Shown here one piece after another: positions 48,237 through 58,076 of a stretch of 64,000 bases of DNA. Position 1 is the first letter of the stretch. Every line of letters starts with the position of its first letter. A program made the position numbers and the translations under genes. Source of the stretch: Candidatus Saccharimonadota bacterium (lineage in GTDB: Bacteria; Patescibacteriota; Saccharimonadia; Saccharimonadales; JAXHNE01); contig JAXHNE010000007.1 of the NCBI GenBank assembly GCA_034520885.1, positions 54,827 to 118,826 of the forward strand. The letters are read 5' to 3'. Under the pieces are notes generated by a model. It worked only from the letters and a program-made list of their open reading frames with translations, made no database searches and was not told where the DNA came from.

Positions 48237-50740
48237 AGGTTAGTTTAAATTGGGTCAAGCAGTTTACGGAGATTGATGTTTCCACTGAGGAGCTGGTTAA
48301 GAAAATTGGCGAGCAGCTCGGCGCGGTGGAGGAAATTATTGAGCTTAGCCCGATTTATAAAGACGTGCTGGTGGCCGAAGTAAAAAGCTGCGAAAAACAC
48401 CCCAACGCAGATAAACTCAGCGTGTGTTTGATTGACGATGGCGGCGCCGCGGAAAACGTGGAGCGCAAAGACGGTTTAGTTGAACTGGTTTGTGGCGCGC
48501 CGAATGTCAAGCAAGGGCAAAAGGTGGCGTGGCTCCCGCCCGGTTCGGTCGTGCCAAGCACCTATCACACTGATCCGTTCGTGCTGGAGGCGCGTGAACT
48601 GCGTGGCGTGGTAAGTAACGGCATGATTGCCAGCGCCCGTGAACTGGCCATCGGTGACGAGCACGACGGCATTTTGGAGGTCGACGTCGAGGCGGCACCC
48701 GGGCAGAAGTTCGCGGACGTGTATCAGCTGAACGACACGATTATTGACATTGAAAACAAGATGTTTACTCATCGCCCGGATTGTTTTGGGCAGTTGGGCG
48801 TTGCCCGGGAAATTGCCGGTATTTGTCATAAACAATTCAGTAGTCCGGATTGGTACAAAGCGCCTTTGGCGCAGGAAAACGTAAAAAGAAAAAAGGAAAA
48901 CGGTGAGCTCAAGTTGGCGGTGCAAAATGATATTTTGGATTTGGTACCGCGCTTCGTGTGCGTTCCGATTGCCGACGTGAAAGTTGGTCATAGTCCGGTG
49001 GCGATTCGCACCTGGCTAGCGCGCGTTGGCATTAAACCGATTAATAACATCGTGGATATTACGAATTACGTGATGATGCTGACCGGCCAACCCTTACATG
49101 CCTACGATTATGACAAGCTGCTTGCCTTGCAAGCCGGAGAACGGAGCACGGAGCACGGAGCACTGAGTCTGGAGGTGCGAAAGTCGAGGGAAGGTGAAAA
49201 GTTAAGACTGCTCGGAGACAAAGAAATAACCTTTAAAGACGATTCGACCATGTTGATCACCTCCAACGACGTTCCCGTTGGGGTCGGCGGCATCATGGGT
49301 GGCGCCGATACCGAAGTGGACGAGAGCACCAAAAACATCGTTTTGGAGTGCGCCAATTTTGATATGTATCAGATTCGCCGCACGGCAATGAGTCTGGGAT
49401 TGTTCACCGACGCGGTGACACGCTTCAATAAAGGGCAGTCACCACTACAAAATGATACGGTGCTGGAAGAAGCGGTATCCATGATCCAATCCATAACCGG
49501 TGGCCGGGTGGCCGGCGAGGTGCAAGACGCGCGCGGTGAAGTCGATCCGCCGAACCAAGTGGAGATCACGGCCGATTTCGTGGCCGAACGCTTGGCCGAA
49601 CCGATAAACGCCGACGACATTGTACGCTTACTAGGTAACGTGGAATTTCAAACCGAAGCGCAGGATGACACGGTGCGCGTTACCGTGCCGTTTTGGCGCA
49701 CGGATATCGCCATCCGCGAAGACATCGTAGAGGAAGTCGGCCGTTTGATGGGCTTTCATCACTTGCCGATAAATTTACCAAAGCGCACCACGTATCCGGT
49801 GGAAAAGAATCACTTGCTGGAAATCAAATCCAAAATTCGTGACGCGTTAACCGCTGCCGGCGGCAACGAACTGCTTACCTATAGCTTCGTGCACGGGGAT
49901 TTATTGGCCGCGGTTGGCCAGGACGTAGAGAAGGCTTTCAAATTGAGTAATGCACTTAGCCCGGATCTGCAGTATTATCGGCTCAGCATCGTGCCGAGTT
50001 TGTTAGAAAAAGTGTACGGCAATTTACGCGCGGGTTACGATAAGTTCTTTTTGTATGAAATCGGCAAAACCCATATTAAGGATTTTAACGGGGATGACGG
50101 CTTGCCGCGGGAGGAAGAACGAACCGCCGGCGTGGTGGTCAGCAAAGGCGCGCAACCGGCCTATTTTCAAGCTAAGCACATCGTAGGGCCATACGTTTGC
50201 TTTTAGAACTCGGGCGTCAAAGGCGTGCGGTTCGAAAAGATTGATCACGAATTTCAGCATGAATCCGGGCGGCAATTGCTCGCACCGTTCGACGTTGCGC
50301 GAACGGCGGTGGTAAAAGTCGGTGACGACGTATTGGGCGTGGTCGGCGAGTTTACGGCCAAAACCCGCAAAGCTTTGAAATTGCCGGCGAAAACCGCCGG
50401 ATTCGAACTCTCCACTACGCGGCTGCTTAAAACTAACAAGTTCGCGAGTTACCAAGAGCTTTCCAGATTCCCGAGCGTGCAACAGGATATTTCCCTGAAA
50501 GTTCCGGAAAGGGCGAGCTTTGGTGAGGTGCAAGGTTTCTTACATGATAACTTTCAGCCACCCAAAAACACTTCGTGGGAGTTTTCGCCCCTGGATATTT
50601 ACCGGGAAAAAGACACGCACATGACGTTCCGGCTGGAGATCAGTTCTTACGAACGTACTTTGCAAGCCGAAGAAGTCAACGCCGCACTGGATGATGTTGC
50701 GGCCCAAGCGAAGGACGTGCTTGGCACAACGCGCCTGTAG
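48233..50740 (+). CDS. pheT: phenylalanine--tRNA ligase beta subunit, interrupted by an in-frame TAG (50204-50206) inside a compensated double frameshift
   Basis: MKVSLNWVKQFTEI..., tRNA-binding OB (EKHPNADKLSVC), B3/4 and B5 domains. ORFs 48233-50206 and 50225-50740 share one frame. The alternative frame between 50186 and 50214 reads AIRLLLELG. Confidence 0.85.
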
Positions 50741-50820
50741 TGATTCGCTTGGTCTCCGAGTTTCATGGTTGGTGGAAACTTAGCTTGGCAATCATACACT
50801 GTGCTTTACAATAAAAACGG

Positions 50821-52596
50821 ATGAGACATATTTTACGGATTTTGCGCTCGGCTCACGAGCTGAGGAAGTATTACTTGGGCATTAGCATTGTCATGGTGTT
50901 CGTGAGTTTGAGCCAGCTGCTATTGCCGGTACTCAGTGGCCGCGCGGTGGACGAAATTAGCCTGGGCACGGAGGCCGACGCGCGGTACTTGCTTTTGTTG
51001 GCCGGAGGCATTTTTCTTCTGGACGTGGCCAATACGTTCCTAAATAACCTCAGCGGTTATTGGGGTGACCAAATGTCGGAAAAAATGTATCGCATTCTCA
51101 GTACTCGGTACTACGAACATCTACTAACACTGCCGCAAAAATTTTATGACCGTGAACTTTCCGGGAAGCTAATCAATCGTTTGAGCCGCTCCATCGAGCA
51201 GATCACCCGGTTCATGCAAATGATGAGCAATAACTTTTTGCAGTTCATTCTGACCACCGTTTTCGCGTTGGTGTTGATCGCTTACTACAGTTGGCAAGTG
51301 GCGGCATTACTTTTTTCGCTGTATCCGATTTATATCTACCTGACGGTAAGAACCAGTAACCGATGGCAAAAGTACCAGGCCGAAAAGAATGATCATAAAG
51401 ACATTGCCAGTGGACGGTTCGCGGAAGCGATAAGCCAGATCAAGGTGGTCAAAAGCTTTATCCAGGAAAAGACCGAAGCTTCGTTTTTCAGGAAACACCT
51501 AAATAAAATGGTGGGAATTAACCGGCCGCAATCCCGCTTTTGGCACGTGCGTGACGTACGCCGCCGGCTGGTGTTGAATGTGATCTTCTTTTTCGTGTAC
51601 GCGTTTATTTTCTTCCAGGCGGCCAACGGTGACTACACTCCGGGCGTGGCCGTGGCCTTGATTTTGCTTTCCCAGCAGATCCGTATTCCGATTTTCACCA
51701 TCAGCTTTTTGGTGGAAAACATGCAACGGGCGATAGCCGACAGCAAGGATTATTTTGAAATCATGAACGTAAAACCGCAGATCGTCGACCGATCCGGCGC
51801 GCGGAAATTAGGGGTGGATAACGGACACGTGGTATTCGACGACGTATCGTTCGGCTACGAGCGTGACCGGCCGGTAATAAAAAACATCAGCTTTGAAATT
51901 AAACCGGACAGCAAAGTGGCTTTGGTCGGTGAAAGCGGCGAAGGCAAGTCCACGATTACCAATTTATTAATGCGATTATATGAACCGGATAGCGGGGCCA
52001 TTAGTATTGACGGCCAAAACATAAACGATGTCACGCAAAAATCACTTCGGGAGAGTATCGGTGCGGTGTTCCAGGAACCAGCGTTATTTAGCGGTACTAT
52101 TAAGGAAAACATCGCCTACGCTCGCCCCGGCGCCAACCAAAAACGGATTGAAAAGGCCGCCAAAGCGGCCAACGCCCACGATTTTATCCGGACGTTCGAT
52201 AAAGGGTACGATACGGAAATCGGCGAACGCGGCCTAAAACTTTCCGGCGGGCAAAAACAACGTATCGCCATTGCCCGCGCGATTTTAAAAGACGCGCCGA
52301 TACTGATCTTGGACGAAGCCACCAGCAGCCTGGACAGCAAGAGCGAAGCGACCGTACAGGAGGCGCTGGAACGACTCATGCGAGGCCGCACCACCATGAT
52401 TATCGCTCACCGATTGAGTACCATTAAACACGTGGATCGCATTGTCACGCTGAAAAATGGTAAAGTGGATGAAATTGGTTCGCCGCGCGAGTTGGCCAAG
52501 ACCGATGGGATTTACGGGCAGCTTCTTAAACTTCAGGGCGGCAAGACGGAAGCGACCAAGAAGAAGTTAAAAGCCTACGATATCGCGGGCGAATAA
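50821..52596 (+). CDS. ABC transporter, fused permease/ATPase exporter (MsbA/ABCB type)
   Basis: 6 TM plus Walker A GESGEGKST, signature LSGGQKQR, Walker B ILILDEATS. Confidence 0.9.
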   Translation: MRHILRILRSAHELRKYYLGISIVMVFVSLSQLLLPVLSGRAVDEISLGTEADARYLLLLAGGIFLLDVANTFLNNLSGYWGDQMSEKMYRILSTRYYEHLLTLPQKFYDRELSGKLINRLSRSIEQITRFMQMMSNNFLQFILTTVFALVLIAYYSWQVAALLFSLYPIYIYLTVRTSNRWQKYQAEKNDHKDIASGRFAEAISQIKVVKSFIQEKTEASFFRKHLNKMVGINRPQSRFWHVRDVRRRLVLNVIFFFVYAFIFFQAANGDYTPGVAVALILLSQQIRIPIFTISFLVENMQRAIADSKDYFEIMNVKPQIVDRSGARKLGVDNGHVVFDDVSFGYERDRPVIKNISFEIKPDSKVALVGESGEGKSTITNLLMRLYEPDSGAISIDGQNINDVTQKSLRESIGAVFQEPALFSGTIKENIAYARPGANQKRIEKAAKAANAHDFIRTFDKGYDTEIGERGLKLSGGQKQRIAIARAILKDAPILILDEATSSLDSKSEATVQEALERLMRGRTTMIIAHRLSTIKHVDRIVTLKNGKVDEIGSPRELAKTDGIYGQLLKLQGGKTEATKKKLKAYDIAGE

Positions 52597-52607
52597 AGGA
52601 GAAACGA

Positions 52608-55439
52608 GTGAAAAATCAAACGTCCAACAAAAAAGGGCTTTTCGCCGCGATTGCCGCCACGTTTTTCAAGCATGCCCGGCTGGTAGTGATCGGCTTGCTG
52701 GTGCTGCTGATCGCCGGGGGTACCATCTATGGTTCGGTGATTAAGCGTGAAGGTTTTCCGTCGATCCAGTTCCCGTTGACGTTCGTTAACGGATTTTACT
52801 TCGTGGATGATAAAGCCCAGGTCGACCAAGATATCGCCCAACCGTTTTACCAAGCGGTAAAAGATCTTAACGGCGTGGAGACGGTGCAAACTACGGCCAA
52901 CGCCAATGATTTTACCGGCGTAGTGTACTTTGAAGAATCGGTGACCCCACAAGAAGGCGCGGAGGAGGTCCGCCAAGCAATCGAAGGGCAGTTTCCCGAG
53001 CAAGCGCAATTTAACGTAATTAGCATTGACCCGGCGGCGTATCTGAATAAATACGACATGCTACTGACGGTTTACGGCGAAAACGGTGATGTCGCTAAAC
53101 TGCAAGAAGTCGCCGGTTTCGTGGCCGAAGATATCGAAGGATTGGAAGAAGTAACGCTGGCCGAGCCGCAACCACTGATTTCCGAATCGGAAAATTCCGC
53201 TACGGGCGAGCCACAACCGACTCGAACGTCGTTTAACCGGGTCGGGCTTCCGGATAACGGCGGTTTGGAATTTAGTAACGCGGTGACTATCGGCGTGGAT
53301 CGCGATCAGGATAAGTATGACGTTATCGAACTGTCCGAAGCGGTCCAAGCATATTTGAACGACTTGGATTTGTCGCAATTCGGCGAGGGATATGACGCGG
53401 TAATCGGCGCCGACTTCGCCGAATCAATTAATACGCAAATTAATTCCCTTCAAGATAATTTATTTACCGGGTTAATCGCGGTCGCCGTGGTCAGCTTGCT
53501 GCTTATAACCTGGCGGGCGTCGATTATTACGGCCGTGTTCATGGTGACGGTTATGGCCGCCACCATCGCCATTTTATTCGCCGTAGGGTATACGCTAAAC
53601 ACCATTACGCTTTTCGCGCTTGTTCTGTCGCTCGGCCTGTTCGTGGATGACGCCACCATTGTGGTAGAGGCCATTGACGCCGCCAAGCGCAAACGCAAAA
53701 AAGGCCTTCGGGTCGTCAAAGAGGCGGTGGGCAAAATTGGTGCCGCCAGCTTTGCCGGTACCTTCACCACCGTATTGGTATTTTTGCCGCTGGCCTTCAT
53801 TAGCGGTGTCCTCGGTGAGTTCATCCGTCTGTTACCGATTACCGTAATCATTGCTTTGGTGGCTTCTTTGGCATTGTCGTTGACGGTCATTCCGGTGCTT
53901 TCCAAGTTCTTATTGTTGCGGAGTGATAAGAAAAGCCTGCTTACCAAGATGAATCCGGTGGCTTTCGTCGAAAGTTGGCTCGGGCGCCTTACGGGAGCGC
54001 TTCCGCGGACGCTGAAAACCCGGCCCAAGCTCGGTCGCGGCCTGGCGGTATTTATGGTGCTTTTGAGTATTGCCGGACTTATCGGGGCACTCGGGTTTGC
54101 CGGCCGTGTGCCGTTTAATATTTTCCCGTCCAGCAAGGACAGCAACCAGATTGGCGTTACGCTGGACTTCCCGGAAGGCCACACCATTGAACGGGCGGAA
54201 GCGACTTCCCAAGAAGTCGAACAGATAATCGAAGAAGAAGCCGGCGACCTGGTGCGCCGGGTGACCTACGGAAGTTTCAGTATCGTGCAGCCCAATGAGC
54301 GCAGCGCGGATATTCTCGTGGACTTGATACCGTTCAATGAGCGGGATCGAACGTCACAGGATATCATTGCCGCACTGCAAACGGAGCTGAACCGGGAGCT
54401 GGAGGATACGCGCGCCAAAGTGGTGCAATACGATGCCGGGCCGCCAGTGGACGATTATCCGTTCAAGGTGCAAATTTACAATGAAGACGAAGCCGCCGCC
54501 CTGCGTCTCGCCGAAGAAGTCCGAGAGTACATTGAAGGAGCGACCATCACCCGGCCGAATGGCACGGAAGCCGAAATAACCGACACCAACCCGCCCGGAA
54601 GTTCCGCGGTTCGCCGCAGCGACGGTCGGCAATTCGTAGAAATTACCGCCGCTTTTAACGCCGGCGACACCTCCGCGCTGTTGGTGGCCGCGGAAGACCA
54701 TACCAAGGAAAAATTTACCGATGAGTATCTTGAAAATAACGGATACCGGGATACGGAAATTAGCTACGACTTCGGGCAGGAATCGGAAAACGCCGAATCA
54801 TTCGCCGCGCTTGGCGTGGTGTTTCCGGTGGCACTGGGATTAATGTACGTGCTACTGGCCGTTCAGTTCCGGTCACTCTTGCAGCCGCTACTAATTTTTG
54901 TCGCCATCCCGTTCACGTTTTTGGGTGTGTTCGCCGGCTTACACTATACCGATAACGGGCTAAGTTTCTTCGTGATGGTCGGGCTCATCGGCTTGATCGG
55001 TATTGCCGTCAACAACACGATTTTGCTGACTACGTACATTAACCAGGAACGCGCGGCGGGCGAGGTGCCGATTGACGCCGCGGCCAACGCCGTCACTAAA
55101 CGCTTCCGCCCGCTTTTGGCAACCACATTGACCACTATCGTGGCCTTGCTACCATTGGCGCTAACCGATCCGTTCTGGGAGCCACTGGCTTTCACGATTA
55201 TTTTCGGCCTGGCTAGCAGTACCTTTTTCGTCCTGGTATCTTTCCCGTACTATTACCTGGGCTTTGAGCGCTTGCGCCGTTCCGTTAAGGCCAAAAAGGT
55301 AGCGCTATGGCTACTGGGGCTCGTCGGGCTGCTGGTTTACGTCGGCATCGGTAATTCGTCCTACGTTTTGGCCGTGCTCGGGCTGTACGCCGTTTCCACG
55401 ATTTTGCTTAGTAAACTGTGGGCCAAAATCGGCATGTAA
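52608..55439 (+). CDS. RND superfamily efflux transporter permease
   Basis: 943 aa, 12-TM 1+5/1+5 topology with two large loops. ALVLSLGLFVDDATIVVEA is typical of AcrB-family TM4. Confidence 0.85.
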   Translation: MKNQTSNKKGLFAAIAATFFKHARLVVIGLLVLLIAGGTIYGSVIKREGFPSIQFPLTFVNGFYFVDDKAQVDQDIAQPFYQAVKDLNGVETVQTTANANDFTGVVYFEESVTPQEGAEEVRQAIEGQFPEQAQFNVISIDPAAYLNKYDMLLTVYGENGDVAKLQEVAGFVAEDIEGLEEVTLAEPQPLISESENSATGEPQPTRTSFNRVGLPDNGGLEFSNAVTIGVDRDQDKYDVIELSEAVQAYLNDLDLSQFGEGYDAVIGADFAESINTQINSLQDNLFTGLIAVAVVSLLLITWRASIITAVFMVTVMAATIAILFAVGYTLNTITLFALVLSLGLFVDDATIVVEAIDAAKRKRKKGLRVVKEAVGKIGAASFAGTFTTVLVFLPLAFISGVLGEFIRLLPITVIIALVASLALSLTVIPVLSKFLLLRSDKKSLLTKMNPVAFVESWLGRLTGALPRTLKTRPKLGRGLAVFMVLLSIAGLIGALGFAGRVPFNIFPSSKDSNQIGVTLDFPEGHTIERAEATSQEVEQIIEEEAGDLVRRVTYGSFSIVQPNERSADILVDLIPFNERDRTSQDIIAALQTELNRELEDTRAKVVQYDAGPPVDDYPFKVQIYNEDEAAALRLAEEVREYIEGATITRPNGTEAEITDTNPPGSSAVRRSDGRQFVEITAAFNAGDTSALLVAAEDHTKEKFTDEYLENNGYRDTEISYDFGQESENAESFAALGVVFPVALGLMYVLLAVQFRSLLQPLLIFVAIPFTFLGVFAGLHYTDNGLSFFVMVGLIGLIGIAVNNTILLTTYINQERAAGEVPIDAAANAVTKRFRPLLATTLTTIVALLPLALTDPFWEPLAFTIIFGLASSTFFVLVSFPYYYLGFERLRRSVKAKKVALWLLGLVGLLVYVGIGNSSYVLAVLGLYAVSTILLSKLWAKIGM

Positions 55440-55454
55440 TCCGGTGCTTTTTGG

Positions 55455-55483
55455 TTGGTGGGAAGCGTGCGGTACGCTATACT
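55455..55483 (+). promoter_or_regulatory. sigma70-like promoter candidate upstream of the FKBP gene
   Basis: TTGGTG (55455-55460), 17 nt spacer, TATACT (55478-55483). Confidence 0.4.
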
Positions 55484-55593
55484 GGTGCCATTACAAAGCG
55501 GAGGGTTCGCTCGGGTTTTTAGGCGCATTCATTGAATTACGCAATAAAGGCGAGGAACGTTAATTACTAAAGTTCGATAACTTAGGAGGGCGC

Positions 55594-56142
55594 ATGTCAA
55601 AAAAGAAACGAATGGCGATTATATTCATTGCTATTTTATTCTTGGCGACGTCGGTCGCGTTCAGCGTGATGGTGTTCGTTGATATATCGGGGAATAATGA
55701 CGACAGTACGCGATCGGTCGAGGACATCGCCTCGGAACAAGCACAACAAAATCAAGGTGAGAGCGAAGGTGACATGTTACAAGGAGCCAAACTGCAAAAT
55801 TTTGAGCCAACTGCGATTGAAGAACTGCGGCACGAAACAGTAGAAAAAGGTGACGGGGAAGTCGTCAGCGAAGATGCCACCATAACGTTTCACTATACTG
55901 GGGCGCTTGCGGAAGACGGTACCATTTTTCAAAGTTCACTTGATATGGGGCAACCGGCAACCTTTCCGCTTTCCGATTTGATTCCGGGCTGGCAGCAAGG
56001 TATCCCAGGCATGAAAGTCGGTGAAACCCGAAGACTATTCATCCCATGGCAGCTTGGTTATGGCGAGCAAGGGTCGCCGCAAGGCGGCATTCCTCCGCAA
56101 GCAGATCTTGTCTTCGATATTGAAGTTCTTTCCACGGAATGA
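55594..56142 (+). CDS. membrane-anchored FKBP-type peptidyl-prolyl cis-trans isomerase
   Basis: Anchor then FHYTGALAEDGTIFQSS...IPGWQQGIPGMKVGETRRLFIPWQLGYG...LVFDIEVL. Confidence 0.85.
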   Translation: MSKKKRMAIIFIAILFLATSVAFSVMVFVDISGNNDDSTRSVEDIASEQAQQNQGESEGDMLQGAKLQNFEPTAIEELRHETVEKGDGEVVSEDATITFHYTGALAEDGTIFQSSLDMGQPATFPLSDLIPGWQQGIPGMKVGETRRLFIPWQLGYGEQGSPQGGIPPQADLVFDIEVLSTE

Positions 56143-56168
56143 TAGGAAAAAACACAACATATAGGGTC

Positions 56169-56196
56169 TTGTATTAGCTCGCGTACGCTATATAAT
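56169..56196 (+). promoter_or_regulatory. sigma70-like promoter candidate upstream of the glutaredoxin-like gene
   Basis: TTGTAT (56169-56174), 16 nt spacer, TATAAT (56191-56196). Confidence 0.4.
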
Positions 56197-56260
56197 AGAC
56201 AAACGTAAGCTTTAAAAAGCCAAGAAAACAATAAAATCAACACCAATCAGGAGGGTTCAC

Positions 56261-56509
56261 ATGCCAAAAAACATCACTATTTTCACCACGAACACGTGCG
56301 GCTATTGCGGAATGGTAAAAAAATGGCTCGGGAGTAAGGGGTTTACGTACGAAGAGGTCAACCTTGACGAAAACCCCGCTCGCCAACAAGAGGCCTTCGA
56401 ACTCTCCGGCCAGCTGACCGTTCCCGTTACGGTAGTAACCAAAGCCGATGACAGCAAACAAGTCGTGGTCGGATACAATCTCGGCCAACTCGCGCCAGCG
56501 GTCGGATAA
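56261..56509 (+). CDS. glutaredoxin-like / NrdH-like small redoxin (CGYC)
   Basis: ITIFTTNTCGYCGMVKKWLGSKGFTYEEVNLDENP...TVPV, thioredoxin fold. AGGAGGG RBS. Confidence 0.75.
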   Translation: MPKNITIFTTNTCGYCGMVKKWLGSKGFTYEEVNLDENPARQQEAFELSGQLTVPVTVVTKADDSKQVVVGYNLGQLAPAVG

Positions 56510-56672
56510 GTAAAGAAGCGGAGCGTCGTGTCGACGATTTGAAGGCCGGAAGAGCGCGAAGTGGATAGTGTGCCATCAGTGCCGTAAAACGGCAAATTAA
56601 TGATCGCGGTCGACAATAAATGATAAAATGGGCGCCGGGTACGATACCAACAATGATGAGTCTGGAGAGGTT

Positions 56673-57617
56673 ATGAGCGAGGACAACAAAGTACATGACG
56701 TAGTAATGATCGGAGCCGGTCCGGCGGCACTTTCGGCGGCGATTTACACCACTCGTGAAGAATTGGACACCGTTTTGTTCGAAAAGGGCGTGATTGGCGG
56801 CTTGGCGGCCATTACCGACTGGGTGGACAACTATCCGGGCTTCTCCGAAGGGGTTTCCGGATTGGATTTATCGGAGGAGCTGCGCAAGCAGGCCGAACGG
56901 TTCGGCGCGGATATCCGTTTGGGCGAGGTGAGCAAAATCAGCGACAAGGGCGAATACAAAGAACTGGAAACCACCGACGGCACCGTCAAGGCCAAGGCCG
57001 TATTGCTGGCCACCGGCAGTGATTATAAAAAGCTGGGCATCCCCGGCGAGAAAGAATACTACGGCCGCGGCGTGCACTACTGCGCGACCTGCGACGGCGC
57101 GTTTTATAAGGATAAGCGTTTGGTAGTAGTCGGCGGCGGCAATTCGGCCATTCAAGAATCCATCTTTTTGACCAAGTTCGCCAGTAAGATCGACATTCTG
57201 GTGCGCAGCGACCGGCTGAAGGCTTCGGAGATTTTGCAAGAAGAACTCAAAAAACACGAGGACAAAGTCACCGTCCACTACCACACTACCAGTAAAGAAA
57301 TTGTCGGCGAAGACGGCAAAGTCACCAAGGTCGTCGCCCAAAATACCAAAGATGACAAAGAAGTTATTTTCGAAACGGACGGGGTATTCGTGTTTATCGG
57401 TTTGTTGCCCAACACCGATTTTCTGAAGGAAAGCGACGTAAAACTGGACGAAATCGGCATGATCGTAACCGACCAATACCTGGAAACCTCCATGAAGGGC
57501 GTGTTTGCCGCCGGGGACGTTCGTAGCGGCGCGACCATGCAAATTGCCAGCGCCTCGGGCGAAGGGGCTACTTCGGCCTTGATGATACGGAAATATCTTG
57601 AACCGCATCACCAATAG
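56673..57617 (+). CDS. trxB: thioredoxin-disulfide reductase
   Basis: VVMIGAGPAALSAAIY, redox-active CATCDG, VVGGGNSA. Start chosen at the ATG at 56673 after GGAGAGG. Confidence 0.9.
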   Translation: MSEDNKVHDVVMIGAGPAALSAAIYTTREELDTVLFEKGVIGGLAAITDWVDNYPGFSEGVSGLDLSEELRKQAERFGADIRLGEVSKISDKGEYKELETTDGTVKAKAVLLATGSDYKKLGIPGEKEYYGRGVHYCATCDGAFYKDKRLVVVGGGNSAIQESIFLTKFASKIDILVRSDRLKASEILQEELKKHEDKVTVHYHTTSKEIVGEDGKVTKVVAQNTKDDKEVIFETDGVFVFIGLLPNTDFLKESDVKLDEIGMIVTDQYLETSMKGVFAAGDVRSGATMQIASASGEGATSALMIRKYLEPHHQ

Positions 57618-57626
57618 TTTGCTATA

Positions 57627-58076
57627 ATGGGGGATGCTATGAGCGGGAAGTCACGATCAGCGTTCGAACGTTTACTGCAGGCCACGCAAGTGGATCGCAA
57701 AATGCGCCAGAGGGCACATGAAGTCACTAAGACCGAAGGTAATGTGACGGTGTCCGAATGGTTGCTTCTTTCGATTATCTCCCGCGGCCCGCGAAAGGGG
57801 CTTACCATGAGCGCGCTCAGTAACACGCTTTTGGTGACCCGCCCGCAAATCTCCGCCCTGATAGACGGATTGCTTGCCAAGCGTTTGGTTCGCCAAAAAA
57901 AGGGCGAGGAAGACAAGCGCAGCTACACCGCGCATATAACCGAACGGGGAAAAGACACGCTTAATCGAGTCAACAAGGCGATCGAATCGTCCTTTCACGA
58001 CGTATCCGGAGCGATTCCCGACACCCACTTGCAAATTTACGAACAAGTACAAGAAGAGCTGATCCGCAAAAGCTAA
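57627..58076 (+). CDS. MarR family transcriptional regulator
   Basis: wHTH LTMSALSNTLLVTRPQISALIDGLLAKRLVRQKKGEEDKR. Confidence 0.8.
   Translation: MGDAMSGKSRSAFERLLQATQVDRKMRQRAHEVTKTEGNVTVSEWLLLSIISRGPRKGLTMSALSNTLLVTRPQISALIDGLLAKRLVRQKKGEEDKRSYTAHITERGKDTLNRVNKAIESSFHDVSGAIPDTHLQIYEQVQEELIRKS

Noticed and set aside
50204-50206. Stop-codon reassignment or alternative genetic code suggested by in-frame TAG (pheT) and TAA (8811, 8886)
   Set aside because: The pheT TAG lies in a 27-nt out-of-frame island explained by two G-run slips. TAA, TAG and TGA each terminate conserved genes at the expected ends elsewhere (htpX TAA, ligA TAG, trmD TGA).
53450-54187. 245-aa ORF antisense to the RND gene. 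Similar antisense ORFs: 56868-57614 (trxB), 48476-48991 and 50024-50533 (pheT), 5071-5640 (ligA)
   Set aside because: All are shadow ORFs opposite strongly supported genes, with low-complexity or Arg-rich translations.
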